A stretch of DNA of 60,637 bases, counting the filler, from Diploschistes diacapsis (taxonomy: Eukaryota): NCBI GenBank assembly GCA_023645945.1. It is 6 parts of 6 records of this genome, joined end to end, with 100 filler letters (N's around TTAATTAATTAA, not from the genome) between each part and the next. Parts side by side here need not be neighbours in the genome. Positions count along the whole stretch, not along the records: positions 19,096 to 47,929 come from JALAIB010000142.1; 5 more parts are not named here. One strand, written 5' to 3'. A program made the translations under genes and the position numbers. Below are positions 25,324-38,539 of the stretch, one piece after another (position 1 is the first letter of the stretch; every line of letters starts with the position of its first letter). The notes below the pieces were generated by a model, which did not search any database, was not told the origin of the DNA, and saw nothing but the letters and a program-made list of their open reading frames with translations.

Positions 25324-26354
25324 CTAAGCGTAAAAGGGAAAGTCGGCAAGCTTCATCTCCACGCCGAGAGAGACCTCAGGCACGATGTGCTCGAGCAAAA
25401 TCTCGCGCTGGCCCTTGGCCTTGCTATCAGCAGCCTTCGCTTTCTCCTTGCCCGCAGCACCACTCTTCTTGACACCAGTCTTGCCGGCCACCTTCGTCTT
25501 CTTCCTAGGCGGCTCCATCTCGACCGCCCTGTCGAACTTCTCCCAGTTCATGGGCTCGAGGTTGGCGAGAGCGGCATACTCACCCAGATCGTGCCCGTCG
25601 CCATCTTCAACGTTGTATTCCTCCTCCACCTTCTCGGACCCGTCATTAGTGTCACGGGCACGCTTGAGACCGGCCTGGGTCTTCTTTTCCGCCTCGGCTT
25701 CCTTGGCGGCGTAGTATTCCTGCGCGTAGACGATGGCGTTCCACATGTCCGTGCCTTGGTTAGCAAAGGCTTGGTTGCGCTGGGCAAGGCCGTTCGCGAT
25801 GTCGTCCGAGAGGGTGGGCATCATCTCCTCGTAAGTAGCCTGGTCAACAAAGGAGACGACGAAGCTGTCTGGGCCGGTGGTCGGGGTGCCGGGGGTCTTG
25901 GGGAAGGTGGGAGAGGTGGGAGAGGTGGGGACGGTCCAGTACGCGTCCTTGGGGGTGGGTCAGCTTGGATGAGCGATGGATATCTTGGAGTGATGGATGG
26001 GTGTGTGTTGGGAGGGTAGAGAAAAGGAGGAGAGAGGGAAGAGAGACTTGCCTTCTCGTTGGAAGAAATGGGAGCGAACAAGTCGGAGGCGCTGAAGAAA
26101 AAGTTCTGTGGGGGCTAATCAGCTCTGATGGGTAGAGCTTCTGAGAGGAGAGGGCATTACCTCTTTGGTGGGAGTCTTGGGATCAGCGAAGTTGATACCC
26201 TTGAAACCAGGTTCCTACGCGCGGTAAGTCAGTTTGACGGAATTCCTGTGAAACACATGAGAAGAGCAGAACTTACCATGTCAGTGTAGTCGCGCTCAGC
26301 CAACATCATGGCTTTATCAAAGGTCTCGACAACGGGTGAGACGGAAGACATCAT
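25324..26354 (-). CDS. Hypothetical protein (about 269 aa), 4 exons, no recognised domain
   Basis: Exons 26354-26277, 26214-26161, 26105-26052 and 25947-25324 join in phase 0 without stops. Donors GTAAGT, GTAATG and GCAAGT; CTGAC/CTGAT branch sites precede each AG. Confidence 0.75.
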
Positions 26355-27384
26355 GCTCAAGTCTGGTTTAGAATTCTGGAAATTCGGTAATGGGGAGTTT
26401 GAGGATAGCAATGGATTGAGCGAAGGGCTTACTCTCAAGCGTTACGATTAGATGCCAAGAACAGCTTTCAAATGCGAAGAATCTGCAAAAGATGGATATT
26501 TGCAGAAAATGATGATGTTGAGAGGGGGGGGGAGATTGGGGAAGGGAAGAGGATCTTTTGCGGGTGTGGGATTTGTGGGAGGGTGGCTGGTCAATCTGCT
26601 ATAGCGAGGGGAGGCTCTGTTAAAGCCGAAATCTTTGCTTTTTCGAGGTCGTCGCGTTGATGTCGAGTTCAAAATGGTTAAGAAAAGTTTATGGTGAGGG
26701 CGGAAAATAGGGCGGGAATAGGGGTGGGGAATGAGAGTTCGGGCTGACACAACCCCTATTCCGCCATCACGCAAGAAACGCCGGAAAGGGGGCTGGGGCC
26801 AAGGGACCTAAAGGCCATTAAAAAGCGAGGCAAAAATAATCTAGGGGATGGGAATCATTGACTCATACCCTTTCCGCATTGACTTGGAAGCTTGGGATCA
26901 GCAGTAGACGAGAGCAACTTGAACCTGGTTGGCCGGAGACTATGAACATAAAGGCGTCCCGTCTAATGATGAGCAGTACAATGCTTTCGGGAATATCCTA
27001 TGTGTATAAAAGAATAACATTGAAGGTGGATGGGTTGGCGCCTATGGACTTGCGGAGTGCCCTAAATATATATGCGTAGATGAACCAGCAATCAGCAGTG
27101 CTTCATATACACCCATTTTCTACCACATCTTGATGTATGCTAGTAACCAATGGCGACCCGAATAGCCAGAGACTTGACTAGAGTGTGAGGTTAGTTGAGA
27201 ACCAGTGATTTTGAAGGAGCATCTACACTGTTATGACAACAGATAGCATATGGAGAGTTTAGTTACCTGGCATCGGTGATAAGCTTGGGCTCTTGATTAT
27301 CGGGACAAAGTAAAGGCAGTACGTAGGTCTACCTATCTCTCATGTATTTCCCATGAAATATGAACCCTGGTAAAGACATCCACT

Positions 27385-28281
27385 CTACTCCTGTGCATAT
27401 TGTTCCTCACCCTCAGTTCCTTGTTCTTGCTGCTCCGCTAACCTCGCCTGCTCCGCTGCTTGCTGCGCCTGTACAGCCTTTGCGCCGTAGTCCTGACTCA
27501 ACGGCGTAACGACCACTTGCTCCTCCTTTGGTTCGATGATTTGGACAGAGTCAGGAAGAGATTTCTGAGGACCCGACTTGCCCTCAGGATCCGAACCACG
27601 CATAATCTTAACTTTGACCCCCAGCACTCCTTGACGTAGAAGGACGTGACGAGTGGCAGAATCAATGAAGTCCTTGGCAGGTTGGCCGGAGTGGATCATG
27701 AAACCATCCTAATGAGCCATAAGCTTCCGCTGCCAGCAGAACATGCGTAAGACCTACAGTGAACTTCATGCTCTTCGCACGAGCAGCTCGAAGCTTTCCG
27801 GACACAACGACCTCGCAGCCTTTTGCACCGCTTTCCATTATGAACCGTAGCACACCATAACAGGCTCTTCGGACGGCAAGACCGTTGAGGAGCTTGTAGC
27901 GAAGGGATTCGCATTGGGCGACGGCTGATAGACCTCGGTTCTGTACCTTGGCGGCGTATAAAGAGACGGAGTTTTCTGGGAACTTGAAGCGCTTTTGGAT
28001 AAGGGAGGTGAGCTCGCGAATGCGACGGCCTTGTTCGCCAAGGACTTCTTGTGTGTGCGTAGCACGAATAACTTGGAAATCAATCAGTATCCTAGTAGAC
28101 ACGATTCTTGAGCTCCGAGCATACTGATATCCGTCACTGTAGGAGTAACACGGACCTCAACCCCCGAGTATCCCTCTTCGGCAAGTTCTCGCTGGAAGAA
28201 CTCGTTCAGTTCTGCGTAAAAGACACCATCGGCAACGAATTTTCTGCGCTTCGAAATAGCGGTTGCTTGTGCCGCGGCCAT
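27385..28281 (-). CDS. RPS3: 40S ribosomal protein S3 (uS3), 2 introns
   Basis: [70 protein letters not shown]. Confidence 0.99.
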
Positions 28282-28656
28282 GATCGCGAACAGTAGTAGG
28301 CTGCGAGAGAAGTGCCGCAAGCTGTAGTAGGGTGATGAGGTTCGAACAACTTAAGTGTGTGGGTTGTTGATCTAAGCGGAAACACTAAAGCTGCTTAGGG
28401 CTAGCCTTATCGATAAGCAGCCGAAGTTCGACCCGCCGCTACGGTTCTCCCTTTGGGGTAGTATGGGGGGAAAGAGCATCCTACGTAGTACTTTAAAAGA
28501 TGAAGAATTACCAGCAGATGGGTTTGTGCAGCCAACGATTGACGGGGCCCATCTCTTAAAAAGAATATGTAGATTGGTTTCCAACTGCGATTGAGAGATT
28601 GAAATTGATTCTCTGAAATTCATAGTATTCCCGGGTCCGAGGCTCTAGAGTGAAGC

Positions 28657-31366
28657 ATGGAAAGGACCCGCATAGCGAAGGTATAGTAATGATCGTTTAG
28701 AAGGGTACGGTGACTAAAGCATCACAGGTAGAAGATGTAAAATTGGTCCGAAGGGGCCAGCAAATTGATGGAACCTTACATCTGACGCCTCATCACCTCA
28801 TCTTCGTCCATATACCTCCTGCCCATCTTACCGCTGAGTTAGCAGCCAACAAAGCGGCTCTGGCAAGGCCTCGCGAGATCTGGATTACTTACCCCATCAT
28901 TCAGAAATGTACCCTCAGAATCTCACCATCATGGTCCCATTATCTATCCTCTGTACGCCTCCAATGCCGAGATTTTAACTTCTACTGTTTTCGGTTCATG
29001 GAAGAGAAGAAAGCGCGTGATGTCTATGACAGCGTCAAAGCCTGGACATGCAGACTGGGTAAGATTGAGAAGCTCTACGCTTTTTCGTACCAGCCTCAGA
29101 AACCCGAGAAAGACTTTGACGGTTGGTCATTCTACAATGCAAGACAAGAGTTCAAACGGTTGGGCGTGAGCGAGAAGGGCGCTGATAGAGGCTGGAGAAT
29201 ATCCACCATTAATAATGATTATAGTGTAGGCATGGGCTGTTTGAAATTGGCTATAGCAAGAAGCTTATACGAAGTACACAGTTCTCCCCAACATATCCAG
29301 CACTGCTTGCGGTACCCTCCCACATTTCAGACAATACACTCAAATTTGCAGGCAGGTATCGCTCAAAAGTTAGATTGCCTGCGCTTACCTACCTTCATCC
29401 CGTGAATAACTGCTCTATCACGAGGTGCTCGCAGCCGCTCGTCGGAGTGCGGCAGAACCGCAGCATACAGGACGAGAAGCTGCTGTTGTCAATCTTTTCC
29501 ACAACAAGCTCAAAGGATACGTTAAGTGAACCTAACAATACGCCTCCTGGGAGTCAGACTCCGCGGTCCAGCGAGGGAGATTTGCCCCCTCTAACTCCAG
29601 AAACAAGCTTCACAGATGCCGAGACAGTCGAAGACGAAATCATTGCTCAGGATGCGAGTACAGATAACGAAGATCGGCCTCAAGTATACGGCGCTCAGCA
29701 GCACAACCTCATCGTAGATGCTCGACCAACAGTCAATGCATACGCAATGCAAGCCGTGGGTATGGGGACCGAAAACATGGACAATTACCCATTTGCAACC
29801 AAGGCTTACCTGAACATTGACAACATACATGTCATGAGACAGGCTTTAGAAAAAGTTGTTGACGCCTTGAAAGAGTCTGATGTTACACCACTGGGTCCGA
29901 ACAAGGAAACCCTGGCGAAGAGTGGCTGGCTGAAATACATTGCCAACATGCTGGATGGGGTGGGCATTATAGCTCGACAAATTGGGATTCAGCATTCGCA
30001 TGTTGTCATTCACTGCTCCGATGGATGGGACAGGACGAGTCAATTGAGTTCGTTATCTCAACTCTGTTTGGACCCATACTATCGTACACTTGATGGCTTT
30101 ATAGTTCTTGTGGAGAAGGACTGGCTTTCCTTTGGCCATATGTTCGCCAATCGTTCAGGACACCTCTCAAGCGAGAAATGGTTCAGTGTGGAGAACGAGA
30201 GATCAGGCGTAGAGGCTGGTCGCGGTGGAGCAGCGGGCGGCTCGAAGACCCTTGAAGATGCTTTCCTCAAAGCCAAAGGTTTTTTTAACAAAGAAAATAG
30301 CAGGTCGCGCGAGTCACTGGTCGACTCTGATTCCGAGATCAACCCAATGGATCCAAATTACTCAACGCCAAAACGTGCTGCGACACCTGCTGCAACAGCA
30401 GAGATCAAGCATGTTACAAAGGTCAAGGAAGTATCTCCTATTTTCCACCAATTCTTGGACGCTACGTATCAACTGCTATGGCAGTATCCTACGAGATTCG
30501 AGTTTAACGAGCGCTTTCTCCGGCGTTTGCTCTACCACCTATATTCGTGTCAGTACGGAACCTTCTTATACAACTCTGAGAAGGAGCGCCGAGATGCCAA
30601 CATCAATTCGCGGACGCGTTCCGTATGGGATTACTTCCTCTCTCGCCGCTCTCAATTTCTTAATACGACCTACGACCCAACAATCAACGACCATGAGCGA
30701 GGGCAAGAAAGGCTCATTTTCCCTCGACCAAAAGAAGTCCGATGGTGGAATGAAGTTTTCGGGCGCGAAGACGCCGAGATGAACGGGCCAACGTTGTCCA
30801 TGGCAGCTACCGAAGCACGCTCTGACCATCCGACACTAAATTTTAGTGGTGGAATGCCTCAATCCCATCCCATGGCCCTCTCTGGCGTTGAGACTGCGGA
30901 AAATGCTATTGGACCTGGTGTTGTCAATCGAGCTGGCAAAGCTCCGACGAGGAGCAGATCACCGGTAGCAACATACGAATCGGCTGGTACGAGCTCGGCG
31001 TCGCCGGCGTCGCCGTCCAGAAAACCTGATCCCAACCCATCGTTGCCTCGCGAAGAAGCAGCAGCCTCCGAGCAGATACCGACATCAACTACTCCACGCG
31101 CAGAACTATGCAGCCCCGCCTCATCTCCAACCACCACGGCCGCTAGATTGTCAGGCCCAAGCTCATCGTCGCCAGCAAATCTGGCGGCGATGGCAAGCGC
31201 AGGCGATCCGTTAGGGGTTGCGAAGGACGGGCTGGAGACGCTCTGCTCCGGCGTTGCTTCTCTCAGAGTTGGCAGGGGCAAGGCAGCGGAGAAGTCGGAG
31301 ATGAGCAACGGAGACGGAGAGCTGCACGAGATGGCGAGGCATGAGATGGAGGTAGAGATGAAGTAA
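28657..31366 (+). CDS. YMR1: Myotubularin-family phosphoinositide 3-phosphatase, 2 introns
   Basis: Active site HCSDGWDRT, IVDARP, LVEKDWLSFGH, SPIFHQFLD, YSCQYGTFL. First exon MERTRIAK at 28657-28680. Divergent from RPS3 across about 375 bp. Confidence 0.96.
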
Positions 31367-31738
31367 TATGTATTTATTCCCCTTCCCTAACAGCTCGGTT
31401 TCGAGCACACTCCAGCATTCTATAGCAAACCCATCTCCATTTCACGGCAGTCCGGCGGCGTCGCATTTGTTAGGTGTATCTATTGTACAGTATCTGCATG
31501 TATGTCACCGCAGCTGCCATGCAAGGCCAGGATGTTCTCGAGGGGTCTCCCGGTTACAATAAGCAAGTAAAAAGCGCACTCTTAGTAAAATCCAAAAACC
31601 TTTTAAAGCGCTTCACAGCGGTATCGTTCCCAGCACCACTATGCAAATGAACATGTGCAAGTTCAAGTATCCAGCAAACCGCCATAGAACGCCCCAGGCG
31701 GGAGAGTAACCGGAACGGCCCGGTCAGGTGAAATTCTG

Positions 31739-31739
31739 C

Positions 31740-31771
<32 letters not shown>
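31739..31771. repeat. (CAA)11 microsatellite
   Basis: Directly visible. Confidence 0.95.
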
Positions 31772-33010
31772 CTCCTCATACTACTGCCCCCGGGTACCTT
31801 GCACTATTTGCAAAAAAAGGGAAGGGGAAAAAAAACAATCCAAATGTCCAGGTAGATAGAGAGCTTTCAAGTAGGATAGCCATAGCTCAGATATAACTTT
31901 CGGTTGGGGCTGGGGGGGCTGGCTGGCTGCCCTGCAGGGAAGGTTTTCGGAGCCCGACTCGTCTCCCGACTTTTCACTTCCCCATGTCCGTCGGCATCCC
32001 AAGTTGTTTCGTTTTTGATGAACAAGATCTGCAGATTGGTGGAGGATGGGGGCCGTGTGCATGTGCATGTGCATGTGGGTGTGTGTGGATATTTGCTTCT
32101 TCTCGCGTGCTTTTCTTTCCGTCTGTTTGTTTGTTGCTTTGACCCACCCCCCCCAGGCGGGATAATATCGAGCAGAAAGGGCCACTTCTTTTCCTCCCGC
32201 TTTTTATGCTCATGCAAGGAAGAAGGGAGCTTCGAGCACGCCTCGGATTTTCAAGTACAGACCAGAACTGAACTCCTTGTGGCTCTCCGCCCCAGCGCCC
32301 TCATATTTGTTTTTTTTCATCGTTGGTCTAAAGGGCGTCTCTCTCTTGAGCCCCCTTTTTTGTGGGCCTGAAGTGGTGGGAAAGGTGTTTGGTGTGCAAG
32401 GTTAGACTTATTGATTCCACTTTAATGTTTATGCTTCGCCGGTCTGCATCCGAGATAATCTGTCCAAACGGTCTTTTCTTTACAAGACTATGGACATCGA
32501 CAGAAGAGCAGACACAATGAATCTCTGTCTGTTTTGAATATTCTCATTGGCTGTGCCTCGTTTACGCTTCTACATCATCATATCTTCTTCGACACGATTC
32601 CGTCATACATGGCTCATATGACACAAAAGATACGCTCCAACAGATACAACAAATTAAAATTTTGCAAAAGGAACGAATGAAGCGGTGATCGCTCGACGCT
32701 CGAGACGCCTCTTTAACCTCGTGGGAACTTGCACAGACCTCGATTCCTCGTACATTCGATCGAAGCTGCGCTCTCCGACTCCTTGGTGTGACGTCTCCCG
32801 CGGAGCTGAAAGCACCGATGGTATGTGACCGGCTGTGTTTACTGTATACCACAGGCTATGTTTCATTATCCGACTCGCCATGCCATGCAAAAACGTTGGT
32901 TCTGGTTCCGGTTTTTTCCCCTTTCCATATCTTCGAATACAAATGAAATCAGCAGAGCAAAGGAGGGTTGGCTAGGATGAGGTGGTTTGCAGGAAGCGGG
33001 AGGAAGGTGT

Positions 33011-34307
33011 TTATTCTTCCATGTGGCCGAATACGCCTTCGTCGTACTCATCGTTACGGGCACGATGCATAGGAGGTTGTTCGTCGAAGCTTTCGCCACC
33101 ATCTGCGTGACCTTGCATCCTCACGTCGCGCTCGTCGGAGATCCGACAGGTAAGCGAAGAGACTGTTGGGATCTGATGGATTAGTGTGAAGCCATTGCTC
33201 CCGGCTGATGGAGTCGCCTTGTGTGATATGTAGCGGGCCGGCAAAGGCGGAACCGGTGGGATGTCATCCCCAAGTACTGCGGCTGTTCGAGGAGTGCCAA
33301 AGTTGCAAAGTTCTACCGCCGCAGCAAGACCCGCCTCGTCCTCTATGGGGAGACCACCATAGACGGATCCCGAAGTTGATGGACGCCGCGCAAAGCCTTG
33401 ATGATAACTTCCGAAGGCTGAGGTGGGCACGCTGCTGGCGGCCAAAGATGCGCTGGGAGCGGACTGATAAGAGCGCGAATAGACGGAGCTGTTACTGCTG
33501 TACCGTTTCGAGTCGCGGATATCACCAGGCCCCTCGCCCGTTGGTGGCGGCGTTGTCTCCGCAGAGCTAACGGCCTCATCTTGAATTTCCGACGACCCGG
33601 ATGCAGCCGGAGAAGAAGATGACTGATCGCTGTCGTTCACCTTGAGAGAGTCCACCAGCTCCTGGTCCTGAAATTGGTTCTGATTCATGGCCACAAGGAC
33701 CGAGGCTGCCTCGAGCAGCTGAACCTGTTGGTGCTTTGAGATCAACAGTTTTGAGGTAAAGTTCCATTCAGGTGTATGCTCCCAGCTGCATCTGTGTTAG
33801 TGCTTGGCGCTCCGACGCGGTTTTGTGCTCTCACGACAGGCTTTCGTTGTTTTTGTGCATGGAAGCTAAGAAAATAGGGTTTGAAGGAAAGGGGTACACT
33901 AACAGATGCTTTGTCAAGCAGCTACTGTGCTTGTAACCTTTCCCGCATTTGTCGCACTTTAACTCGCCGCTGACCCTCTTGCCTTCAATCTTGCCGAGGT
34001 AGGCACCGTCGCTTGCACGGCGGTTTCTGATCTTGTTGCCGTTTCCCGTTTGTACGCCATTTTGATTTTCTTGCTTCGTCACATGAGCAGGAGCAGCAGC
34101 ATGCTTCTTTGGGTGGCTGGCACCGCCAGGCGAAACTAGTGCCTCAAGAGAGGCATCGTCAATGTTTTGGATGGCTGCAGCAACCGACGCTAAGTTGTTG
34201 GCAGTCATGCTCTTCCTTCTGGTGACACGGTGCGTCGAGCTGATAGTACCGAGGGAAAGAGAATGTGAGTGGGTTCGCGAGCCCGGATGACGATGGGGCA
34301 CGTTCAT
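33011..34307 (-). CDS. Single C2H2 zinc-finger protein of a conserved fungal family
   Basis: CDKCGKGYKHSSCLTKHL|WEHTPEW...SKHQQVQLLEAASVL is restored by an intron at about 33786-33903. The true start may lie in a short upstream exon near 34439. Confidence 0.88.
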
Positions 34308-34959
34308 TGGCGTTGTCGAAGAAGACGGGCGATGTTGACTAGAGGCCCGAGAGTGGTGGGGTTCCTAGAAGATGCTTGGTTGGAACGAGGTCAACAGAAA
34401 ACGGGGGCAGCTGATGCTAAAAACCTTGCACGAGGACATTTTTTATTCCAATTGGAGACCAGGAAAGAAAATTTCGGGAGGCTGTTACACAATACGAGAT
34501 CCGAGAGTCTTGCTCTTGGGACCCGATTCGCGGGTGATTGGAGATGTACCGAACGAGTCGCTGTGAGGTATTTTGACAAAGCTTTGCAATGCAGGCAATG
34601 AAGTCTCGATTGGGGAATGCGCTGGAGAGGCACAGCCTTGGCCAGGGAAAATTGTTGTGTTTGGCCGGGGCTTTGTCTCAGAGGCAGCAGGTCAGGTACA
34701 ACGTGAGTGAAACTGACGAATGAAGCGAGGAGAATGCTGGATGAGAACAGGCGGTTAGAGAAAGGGGACGACGAGCTATAAACAGAGCGATAAAGATGCA
34801 GGATAGGAAAGGAACAGCAGCAAGAGAGAAAAAGCAACTGCAGTGCTTGTCGGGCGGTTAACAGGAGAAGAAAGTAAAGGGTGGAAAAGTGAAGGTTGAA
34901 ATTGAGTGCGCGAGAGGGGCGTTTTGTTCGAAGTCCGGGAAGGGTTCCGTGCACAACTG

Positions 34960-35034
34960 ATAATAGTAATAATAGTAGTAATAATAGCAATGATAATAAT
35001 AATAATAGTAGTAATGATAATAATAATAGTAGTA

Positions 35035-35100
<66 letters not shown>
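34960..35100. repeat. Compound (AAT/AGT)n microsatellite ending in a pure (AAT) run of about 21 units
   Basis: Directly visible; it produces the spurious poly-N and poly-I ORFs. Confidence 0.97.
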
Positions 35101-35102
<2 letters not shown>

Positions 35103-37184
35103 CGTTATTATATGGTGCAGGAAATAGCAGTAATGAGAATCGAAGCTGTTACTGACTGACCCCTGGTACTATTACTTGCTACCTCTGTACCTACAAAATC
35201 CTAATCAGCGCAGTATCACTGTACAGTATCTACCAGTCAGTCAGTGTTCTTTTTTCGCAAGGTCATTATTTATTAATGAGAGCAGCTGCCCTTCTGATCG
35301 ATAATGTCTCAACCTATTATTGCCCACCACTGTCAAAGTCACCTGCTCTTCGTGCCGTCCATCTGGAGGGGGAGCAGCAGCTGGAAAACCGGTCACGCTG
35401 GTCAGAGAGCAAAAAGTCTTTACGTATCTACACTTTGTCTTCTCTAGCATCTGCTTATAACTTGACTAGCAGAAGAGCAATGTGCGCGACGGGGGCCCTA
35501 AAATTCCTCCAGACTCGGGTGCAGCGCAGCAGCACCAACCGCTAAATCATGGATTCATGGGGGGGGCATTAATTACGAGGTGGATTTGGAACTATTTCCA
35601 TCTAGTCGTTCTTTTCTCGCTTGGAGGTTCCGATGTTGATCTGTTGGATCTGATGATCTGTTGCTCCCCGTCTGTCCAGAGAGGCATACATTCTTCGCGC
35701 ACCTCCTACTGGATACTTCAGCTTCTGTTTAGCTTTTTACCATGACCCTATGAGAGTCTATGACATGTGTCAATACAGCTTAAAAAATAAACTAAAAAAT
35801 AAAATAAAATAAAGCACTTGCAGCGCGGTGGTGGTGGCTTCGTAAGTTCGTGCTGAAGGGTTCCTGAATCCTTGAATCTTTGTGTGGGGTACCTGAACCG
35901 GGGTAGAAAGGCTAACTGATTGATTAAGTTCGATGATTATTGCGTACTACTCCGTACGGGAAGCTTTGTTATCTTTACTGCTGCTACTGCTACTGCTGCA
36001 AGAATAGGTTCTGGCCCTCGATGGTTGCTGTTCCTGCTTGCTGACGGGATGCAGGGGTAATTGTATCTGACATGGAGCTCTACAAAAAAGTATGTGTGCG
36101 GGTGCACTGAGACACCCTTCCACCTTCCACCTTCCACCTTCCTCCACCCTCCTCCCTCTTGCCCTGAGAGACTTTCAATCCTGAATTAAGTAATCGAGGA
36201 TGCGCTTAGACCCCGAAGCAGTCCACCAGGGTTCCATACCCAGCAAATGCCTAGCTTATGGGCCAACTTATTACTACCTAGCTGGGTTAAAGCGATATCA
36301 AGCCTGCTGCAAGCCACCGTGACCACCACCAGCCCCTCCCCTCCTCGCCCTCACCCCTTTAAGCCAACCAGAAACTTGGCTACGTTCCTGAGAAAATTCG
36401 TTAAAATTGAGTGGTGGTGGTGCAATTGATCAATCCATTCTCATGGAGACTCTCTGAAGGGGCATAATGGTTACAGCTCGCAGAGGGGATTGTTTGCAGC
36501 TTGACTCGTTGATTATTATTATCGCAGAAGACACAGCAGCGATGAAAATTCAAAACCCGAGCCGCGGGGAGGGGATAGTTAGAAGACAGTGGGGGGGGCC
36601 ACATCTACTTGTACTTGTACTTGTACTGCATTCTATCCACGAAAGCTCTTCCGAGCTAGCTAGCTATTTGATCGTGCATTACGTGTTGGTTATTTGGGTA
36701 GAGTAGTGGAATCAAGGGAAAACAAGTTCATACTCAAGGGGACTCAATACTACCTTGTACAAAACACAAAAACTTGTATGCACCAACTATGTCGACCTCA
36801 AGTTGCCCGCTACCGATCCATTATGGATCTGGCTGCCCCTACGTAGAGACGCGTAAGGAGAGCTCGGGGCAGCAAGCACCCTGGCCCTGCCATCTTCCAT
36901 GTGAAGCCCTCGCACCATATTTTAAATGAGTCACCGATCTCGAACCATCAGTCTGTTGAACTTGGAGCTTCGCACTTCGATACGTGTTCGAGCGAGCGAG
37001 CTTACGCAGCGAGCTGCTCCTTGTATCAGCTGCAGGCAATATATGTAGAAACTCTTTCTGCAAAGAAAAAAAAGTATTTAATAGTCCACTGCGTCTCACA
37101 AAAGCACAGGGCCGATCATTGAACAACCTTCAATTTGGCTTACTGTGCTCTTTGCTCGCTTTCATTTGCTACCTGTTGTAGAAA

Positions 37185-37922
37185 ATGGCATCCGAGCCTT
37201 CCTACCAGATATTACCCGCCGTGCCGCAGGAAGTTGACATATATCTGGAGCTCAACGAACGAGCATTCGCCGATGACCGCCTTTCTCAGGGCTTGCTGAA
37301 CATGCTCGAGAGCGACGAGTCTCGCGCCATCCTAAGGAAGGCGCGCAGAGAGCGCCTCGAGATGATGCTACAGGGTCGCGGATATGGGTCCCGCAGCACA
37401 CCCTTCGAGCCTCACTACGCCAAGGTCGTCTACACTACCGGCCAGGCCAAGGACGGGGAGGGAGAGATTGTAGCGCTTTGCGGCTGGCACGCGCCAAAGC
37501 CCGGCAATACCTCGGAGCAGGCTCAGAAGCAGGAAGCGGAGGAAAACGAGCCGCCGGATGTCCAACGTTACCGGGCTTGCTACCGCGACATCGAGCAGGA
37601 ATTGATAGCGAAGAGCGAGGAGGTCATTGGACCGACACATGACGTCGAGTACTGGAACCTCCGCACCTTGGCCACGGCGCCCGAGCACCAGCAACGTGGA
37701 CTCGGGAGCATGCTCGTGCGATGGGGGGTGGAGCGAGCCAAGGATGCTGCCGCCGCGGACAAGGCGGGAACCATCAAGGGCGTTTGGACGATAGCGACGC
37801 CACGCGGGTTGAGGACCTATCAGAAGGCCGGCATGGAAGAGATGGGCAGCGTCGTGATTGATTATGGTGAAGGGAAAGGCGAGGAGGGGCAGAAGTATGT
37901 GTGGATGATGCAAAAGTTCTGA
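37185..37922 (+). CDS. GNAT-family N-acetyltransferase, intronless
   Basis: Acetyl-CoA motif A LRTLATAPEHQQRGLGSMLVRWG and motif B ATPRGLRTYQKAG. Confidence 0.9.
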   Translation: MASEPSYQILPAVPQEVDIYLELNERAFADDRLSQGLLNMLESDESRAILRKARRERLEMMLQGRGYGSRSTPFEPHYAKVVYTTGQAKDGEGEIVALCGWHAPKPGNTSEQAQKQEAEENEPPDVQRYRACYRDIEQELIAKSEEVIGPTHDVEYWNLRTLATAPEHQQRGLGSMLVRWGVERAKDAAAADKAGTIKGVWTIATPRGLRTYQKAGMEEMGSVVIDYGEGKGEEGQKYVWMMQKF

Positions 37923-37963
37923 TGCAGATCCAAGATTGGCCTTTGTGCGCTGTGGGGGATAGT

Positions 37964-37991
37964 GACAGACAGACAGACAGACAGACAGACA
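37964..37991. repeat. (GACA)7 microsatellite
   Basis: Directly visible. Confidence 0.9.
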
Positions 37992-38539
37992 TGTATCTGA
38001 TAGTAGAAGCAATAACTAAGCGAGCAGCAATTTCTGGTGGTAATGATGACGTCCTTTTCATTGGGCAGACATGACCGCCGTGTTTACTTTGGAAAAGATA
38101 AAAAAGAAATCTCCACTGGATACTCTACTTGTTCAGTATTGGAGCCACAAAGAAAGTGTGCAATACACAATACAGTAAAAGTCAGTAAGGCAGGACGATA
38201 GTTTGCTTTTACCGGGGAAATGGAAATGGAAATGGAAATGGACATCCCAGGTATAAATAATAGTATGATCCTATGATCGGAACTTGGTTGGCGGCTTTTC
38301 CCGAGGCTTGAGCAGCTTCACTCACTCCCCTGTAAAATTCATCTTCCTACCTACCGTACTTTTTCAAATCTTCCTCATAGACAGACAGGTATACATACTA
38401 CTTCTATTTGTATAATACTATCTTTTCCTGTACAATTAGTGATTGGGCTCCCGCCCTGGGCTTTAGATCATAGCGTTCCTCCTACTAATTGATAGATCCG
38501 CCCCTTCCAATCCCCCCGTCGCTCTTTGGGAAAATACAC

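Noticed and set aside
25075..26019. 314-aa plus-strand ORF
   Set aside because: It is the antisense shadow of the spliced minus-strand orphan and starts at a non-ATG codon.
34391..35159. Poly-Asn, poly-Ile and poly-Leu ORFs
   Set aside because: They are artefacts of the AAT microsatellite.
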